Shown here: in pieces, positions 59,361-64,000 of the stretch
Layout: every line of letters starts with the position of its first letter
Position numbering within the stretch: position 1 is the first letter of the stretch
Origin: Phyllobates terribilis
Lineage: Eukaryota
DNA: 64,000 nucleotides
NCBI RefSeq assembly: GCF_046119375.1
Contig: NW_027362771.1
Location: forward strand, 416,392,001-416,456,000
Reading direction: 5' to 3'
Made by a program: the position numbers and the translations under genes
The notes under the pieces: generated by a model
What the model saw: only the letters and a program-made list of their open reading frames with translations
The model's database searches: none
What the model was told of the DNA's origin: nothing

Positions 59361-61860
59361 AAGCTCCGAGCAGTTAACGCGGCAACCGTACTAGAAAGTC
59401 CCATTGTGCCCAATCCACATACATTGTTATCAGAAATACCATCAGATGCAAAACGTTTCACTGTCATCGATCTGGCCAATGCTTTCTTCAGCGTACCACT
59501 ACATCCAGAAGATTGGTACCTGTTTGCCTTCACTTACAGAGGATCACAATACACCTGGACAGTCTTACCACAAGGAGCACAGAACTCACCAAGTCATTTC
59601 TCTCAGGCCCTTGCCTCTTGTTTACAGCCGTGGAGAGAGACTAACCATCAAGTTGTCCTTCTTCAGTATGTGTATGATCTCCTACTATGTTGTCAGCAGA
59701 AGAGTCGAGTCTCAGTCTTCTCCTTCATCTTGCACAACAAACCTGCAAGGTGTCCCTCAACAAAATCCAGTGGTGTCAGCCCAAAGTTGTGTTTTTAGGC
59801 CATTGTCTCTCTCCAAACCTGAAACACCTAACGGGTGAAAGGAAACTTGCTATTGAGACCGTTCCTCTACCAAAAGGACCTAAGCAATTACAAGCTTTCT
59901 TAGGACTTATCACATATTGTCGCCAATGAATTCCAGATGCCTCAAAGCTGATGCAACTGTTGTACGATGACCTCAAGACGTCAGCTTTTCCACTTTGTCC
60001 CAAATCCGTGGAAGCCTTCTACGCTCTTTAACAGGCCATACAGTCTGCACCAGCTCTTGGAATCCCAAATTATCTACTACCTTTTTACTTGTGTGTCAGT
60101 GAAGTAGCAGGACATGCTTCCGGAGTCCTAGCACAGAAACACGGGGGAAGAACAAGACCCATCGGCTATTACTCTGCCCGTCTGGACTCGGTGTCTCAAG
60201 CTTCCGCTTCTTGCCTCAGAGCCGTTCATGCTGCACATGTGCTTCTGGACAAAACTTCTGATATCATCTTAGGACATCCGGTTCTCTTAATGGCTCCACA
60301 CGACATAAAAGCTATTCTTGACCAAACTCAACCTAAACATCTGTCGCTGCAGCGTCAAATGAGACTCCAATGTTCCCTCTTGATTCCGGATAATGTCACT
60401 CTTGTCCGCTGCACCATCCTCAACCCGTCCACGCTACTTCCTCTTTCCAGGGGGGATGTGGATGATGCTACTGATGCTCTAGGTGAAGATGCCTTTACAC
60501 ACTAAGAGGATCATGATTGTCTCGAACAGATGCAGGAAGAAGCTGCCTCCAAGAGAAATGTGTCTGAAGACCCACTTCCGCATGCTGACCTGACGTTCTT
60601 CACCGATGGTTCCAGATTTGCAGATGAAACAGGAAGATTCCATATGGGATATGCTGTGGTTACACATGACCAGGATTCATTTAGAAAAGAGAAAGCAGCC
60701 GTGTACATGTCTCAAGACACTGAAGAAGGGCCTCAAAGCTCTCTTATGAAGTTTTATCCATTTCCATCAAGACAAGACACCAGATGATGAAAAGAAGTCG
60801 TGGCAAGAAGCAGGAGCTAAAAAGGATGAAGATGGAGTCTGGAGGAAGAACAAAAAGATTTGTCTACCTCGTAATCTGTACCACTCGGTATCAGAATGGG
60901 CACACGGTATCACCCAGAGAGGCAAGAATCAGATGAATGACTTGATTTGGAAGACTTATATGGCACATGGGATTTCTACTGTCACCCAAAAATATTGTCC
61001 TGCTTTGTGTGTGCAACATGCAATCCAGCACCGCCTCAAAAAGTTACTCTGAAACATTTGGCTAAACCACTCTATCCCTTTCAAAGAATTCAAATCGATC
61101 ATATTCAAATGCCAAAAGTAGGGAAATACGAGTATGTACTGGTAGTGACTGACATGTTCTCGGGATGGCCTGAAGCCTATCCAGTAACCAACATGACTGA
61201 CAGAGTGACTGTTAAAAGAGACTGATGACTGAGGTAGTGTGCAGATATGGAATCCCAGAGGTGATTGAGAGTGACCAAGGACCCGCATTCATTTCAGCAC
61301 TGACTAAGGAACTATGGACATTGGTAGGGCCCGATTTGGGTTTACATACTCCGTATCACCCCTAGAGCAGTGGTAAAGTAGAAAGGCTAAATGGCACCTT
61401 GAAAAACAAAATACTGAAAGCCAGTCAGGAGGTTAAACTTCCTTGGACAGACATTTTGCCCATTGCCTTATATTCAGTCAGAAACACTCCGAGGGGTCCA
61501 GCTAAACTTACACCACATGAGATTCTTTTTGGGGAGCCTCCAAGGTTGCGTCAATATTTTCCACAACAGCTAGCCTTAGGAAGTGATACTCTTGTAGATT
61601 ATGTCATTGCTCTTACTAAAGAATTGTCAGTAATACATGCATGAGTTTTATCATCCATTCCAGATCCAGATTTCAGTGAAGGTACTCACACTTTCCAACC
61701 TGGTGACAACGTGCTGGTAAAGAAGTTCACCAGAAAGACATCCCTGGAGTTGAGATTTGAGGGTCCCTACCAAGTGCTCCTGACCACTCCTACTTCAATC
61801 AAACTCTAAGGAAGACCGACGTGGATACACGCCTCCCACTGCAAGAAGTTTGTGCCTCCA
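59361..61860 (+). pseudogene. ERV pol remnant (RT, partial RNaseH, integrase) with stops, frameshifts and deletions; protease absent
   Basis: LRAVN...FTVIDLANAFFSVPL...LPQGAQNSP...YVYD (YVDD mutated); FFTDGS; IQIDHIQMP; SDQGPAF; WIHASHCKK. Confidence 0.92.
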
Positions 61861-61877
61861 TCAGAACCTTCTACAAA

Positions 61878-61979
61878 ATGTTACATATCCTCTACTTTGT
61901 GTGTTGTGCCATTCTATACTCATTTGTAGGAGCACAACAGGTCGCAATCACCCAAGCAAGAGGGGTGATCACGCACTGA
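61878..61979 (+). pseudogene. env remnant: signal peptide only
   Basis: MLHILYFVCCAILYSFVGAQQVAITQARGVITH* directly after integrase and ~40 bp before the PPT. Confidence 0.65.
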
Positions 61980-62767
61980 TGGGTGAGGGAACCAGAGACA
62001 AAAGGTTAATAAAGTATTTAGGGGGGACTGTTGAGGAGAGCCATAGGATCAAATACTTAATTAACCTCAAGACATAGGAGATTGAGAGAAAAGACCCATA
62101 AAGTGTATTATTTCACCTTACATAAGCTTGTTTAGATCAAAAGATGGCTGCCATTTCCTGTTTCATCACACCATGCTCTATTATGCAAGATGGCAACTGG
62201 ACCTATGACTACATTCTGTTGTACATGTGGCAAAGCTGGAGACTTTATTTATGACTACATCCTGTCGTACAAGGAAGTTCTGGGAGGAAGCTGAATTCTA
62301 TAGAAGGACTAACCAACCACAGAGCGACACATCGTTTGGAGACACCCACCCTGATGACCTCATGGACCACGCCCCCTGATGACCTCATGGACCAACCCAC
62401 CCTGATGACCTCATGGATCACGCTCCCTGATGACCTCATGGATCATGCCCCCTGATGACCTCATGGATCACGCCCCCTGATGACCTCATGGACCAACCCA
62501 CCCCGATGACCTCACAGATCTGCCCATGGACTAACCAATCAATACATCTGGTTACTCACATTCTAGGGCTAACCGAGCCCATATACAGAGTTTATATAAA
62601 TCTATGTTGGAGTTGAATAAAGGACACTTGGAGTTGCGCCATAGCTGATCAAGGAGAGCTTACATCCGACTGTGTGTGTCTGATGTTATTCATTCTTGCA
62701 TGCACTTGATCATATCCATTAGGCCAGGAGCAGGCAACTAGTGAACATACCAAAATGTTCGCCCTAA

Positions 62768-63588
62768 GGCTGCGTGCCCACGATGCGTTTTTCATGCGTT
62801 TCCGCTGCGGAAATTCCGCAGCGGAAGCGCATCAAAAACGCTTGGTAATCCGCACCCCATGGTCCCCAATGGCATTCCGCAATGTCAATGCCCATGCTGC
62901 GGATTTTCCCCCAGCGTTTCTGCAGCGCTCATAAATCCGCAGCATGTTCATTAATTTTGCGGAAGCGCAGCGGAATTGCCGCCATTGACTTGCATTGAGA
63001 CGCACATAATCCGTGTCTGTACATTTGTACACGCGGATTATATGCGTTTCAATGTGCAGATGGTACCCAGTTCTGGAGGAGAGAAGACTCTCATCCAGAC
63101 CTGGGTACCATTGTACCTGTAAAAAAAGAATAAAATAATAAATAAAGTTTATATTCACCTGTCCGGCGGCCCCTGCAGCGCTTATCTTCCAGGACCTGAG
63201 ATGACGTCACGGTCATGTGACCGCAGGCTGTCTCGCGAGAGCCCGGCAACCAGAAAGAAGCCAGGACGAGCGCGACAGCACACGCGGCGGGGGATCGGGG
63301 GTAAGTATAGCTTTATTTGTTTATTTTTACGGTCACACTATATAAATCCATGCCGTTTGCATGGATTTATATAGTGTGACCTACTTGTCAAGCACTTTCC
63401 AAGTGATGCTATCGCCTGGAAAGTGCTTGTCAGTCCGCATGCCGAAACGCATGCGTTAACGCATGTGAATCCGCATGTTTTCTGCAGGAAAAACGCATGC
63501 ACAATCCGCATGCGTTTTTTCTGGCAAGGGAGATGCAGAAACGCTGCAGAAATGCTCTGCTTCATTTCTGCATCGTGGGAACATAGCC
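62768..63588 (+). mobile_element. PIF/Harbinger-like MITE inserted 2 bp from the end of the ERV 3' LTR
   Basis: TAA TSD; TIR ggctgcgtgcccacgatgc / gcatcgtgggaacatagcc. Removing it restores ...gccctaaCA, matching the 5' LTR end. Confidence 0.88.
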
Positions 63589-64000
63589 TAACACTGCCAA
63601 GTATTAATAGGACTCCAGAAGAATCTTTTTCACCTCAGATTCCCCAATTCTCAGCAATTTTTGGCATAACCATAGATATTGGTATCATCATGCATGGAGG
63701 CATAGTACAATGTTTTATAAGGTCACCCTGACCAATCACCAATGATTTGTGTAAAATTATTTGCTTTATAACACAAATTTCAACTCAGGTTTTTTTTTAT
63801 AAATGTAACTATATGAAGTTTTTTGTGTGCCAAGTTGTATTTTTTAATGGCACCATTTTGAGGAATACTGTATGTATTGGATGTTAAAAACAGCAATTCC
63901 ACTGGTGTTTATTATTTTTGAGTCCAGTACAAACAAAAAAATGCAAGAAAATGTTTTTTACATTTTTTATTTTTGTATTAACGCAGCTTTGGGAAGGCTC

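Larger units (their letters stand above)
50947..63593 (+). mobile_element. Endogenous retrovirus (epsilon/gamma-like), defective, env-deleted, with a macrodomain in gag
   Basis: 5' LTR 50947-56285 (interrupted) and 3' LTR 62029-63593 (interrupted by a MITE); TG...CA termini; 4-bp TSD CTGC; PBS, splice donor and PPT aggggggac present. Confidence 0.93.

Overview
Vertebrate genomic DNA, probably a frog (inferred from the repeat families). It is mostly transposon-derived. The one host gene is fsd2 on the minus strand: nine coding exons from 35241 to 3413, all with GT-AG boundaries and compatible phases. Its SPRY-encoding exons were not found and presumably lie left of position 1. The repeats are deeply nested: Tc1/mariner copies, hAT, T2/Kolobok-like and Harbinger-like MITEs, a Penelope-like foldback, solo LTRs, and two young Sushi/chromovirus Ty3-gypsy elements with intact pol but broken gag. 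The main highlights are in 50947-63593. There, an env-deleted epsilon/gamma-like endogenous retrovirus carries a complete macrodomain in frame inside gag. Inserted antisense into its 5' LTR is a 4.7-kb non-autonomous LTR element (CATG TSD, perfect 18-nt tRNA-Ser(CGA) PBS, PPT) whose only recognisable cargo is a coiled-coil plus cold-shock-domain reading frame. All alignments, counts and family assignments were made by eye or from recall; no database searches were run.
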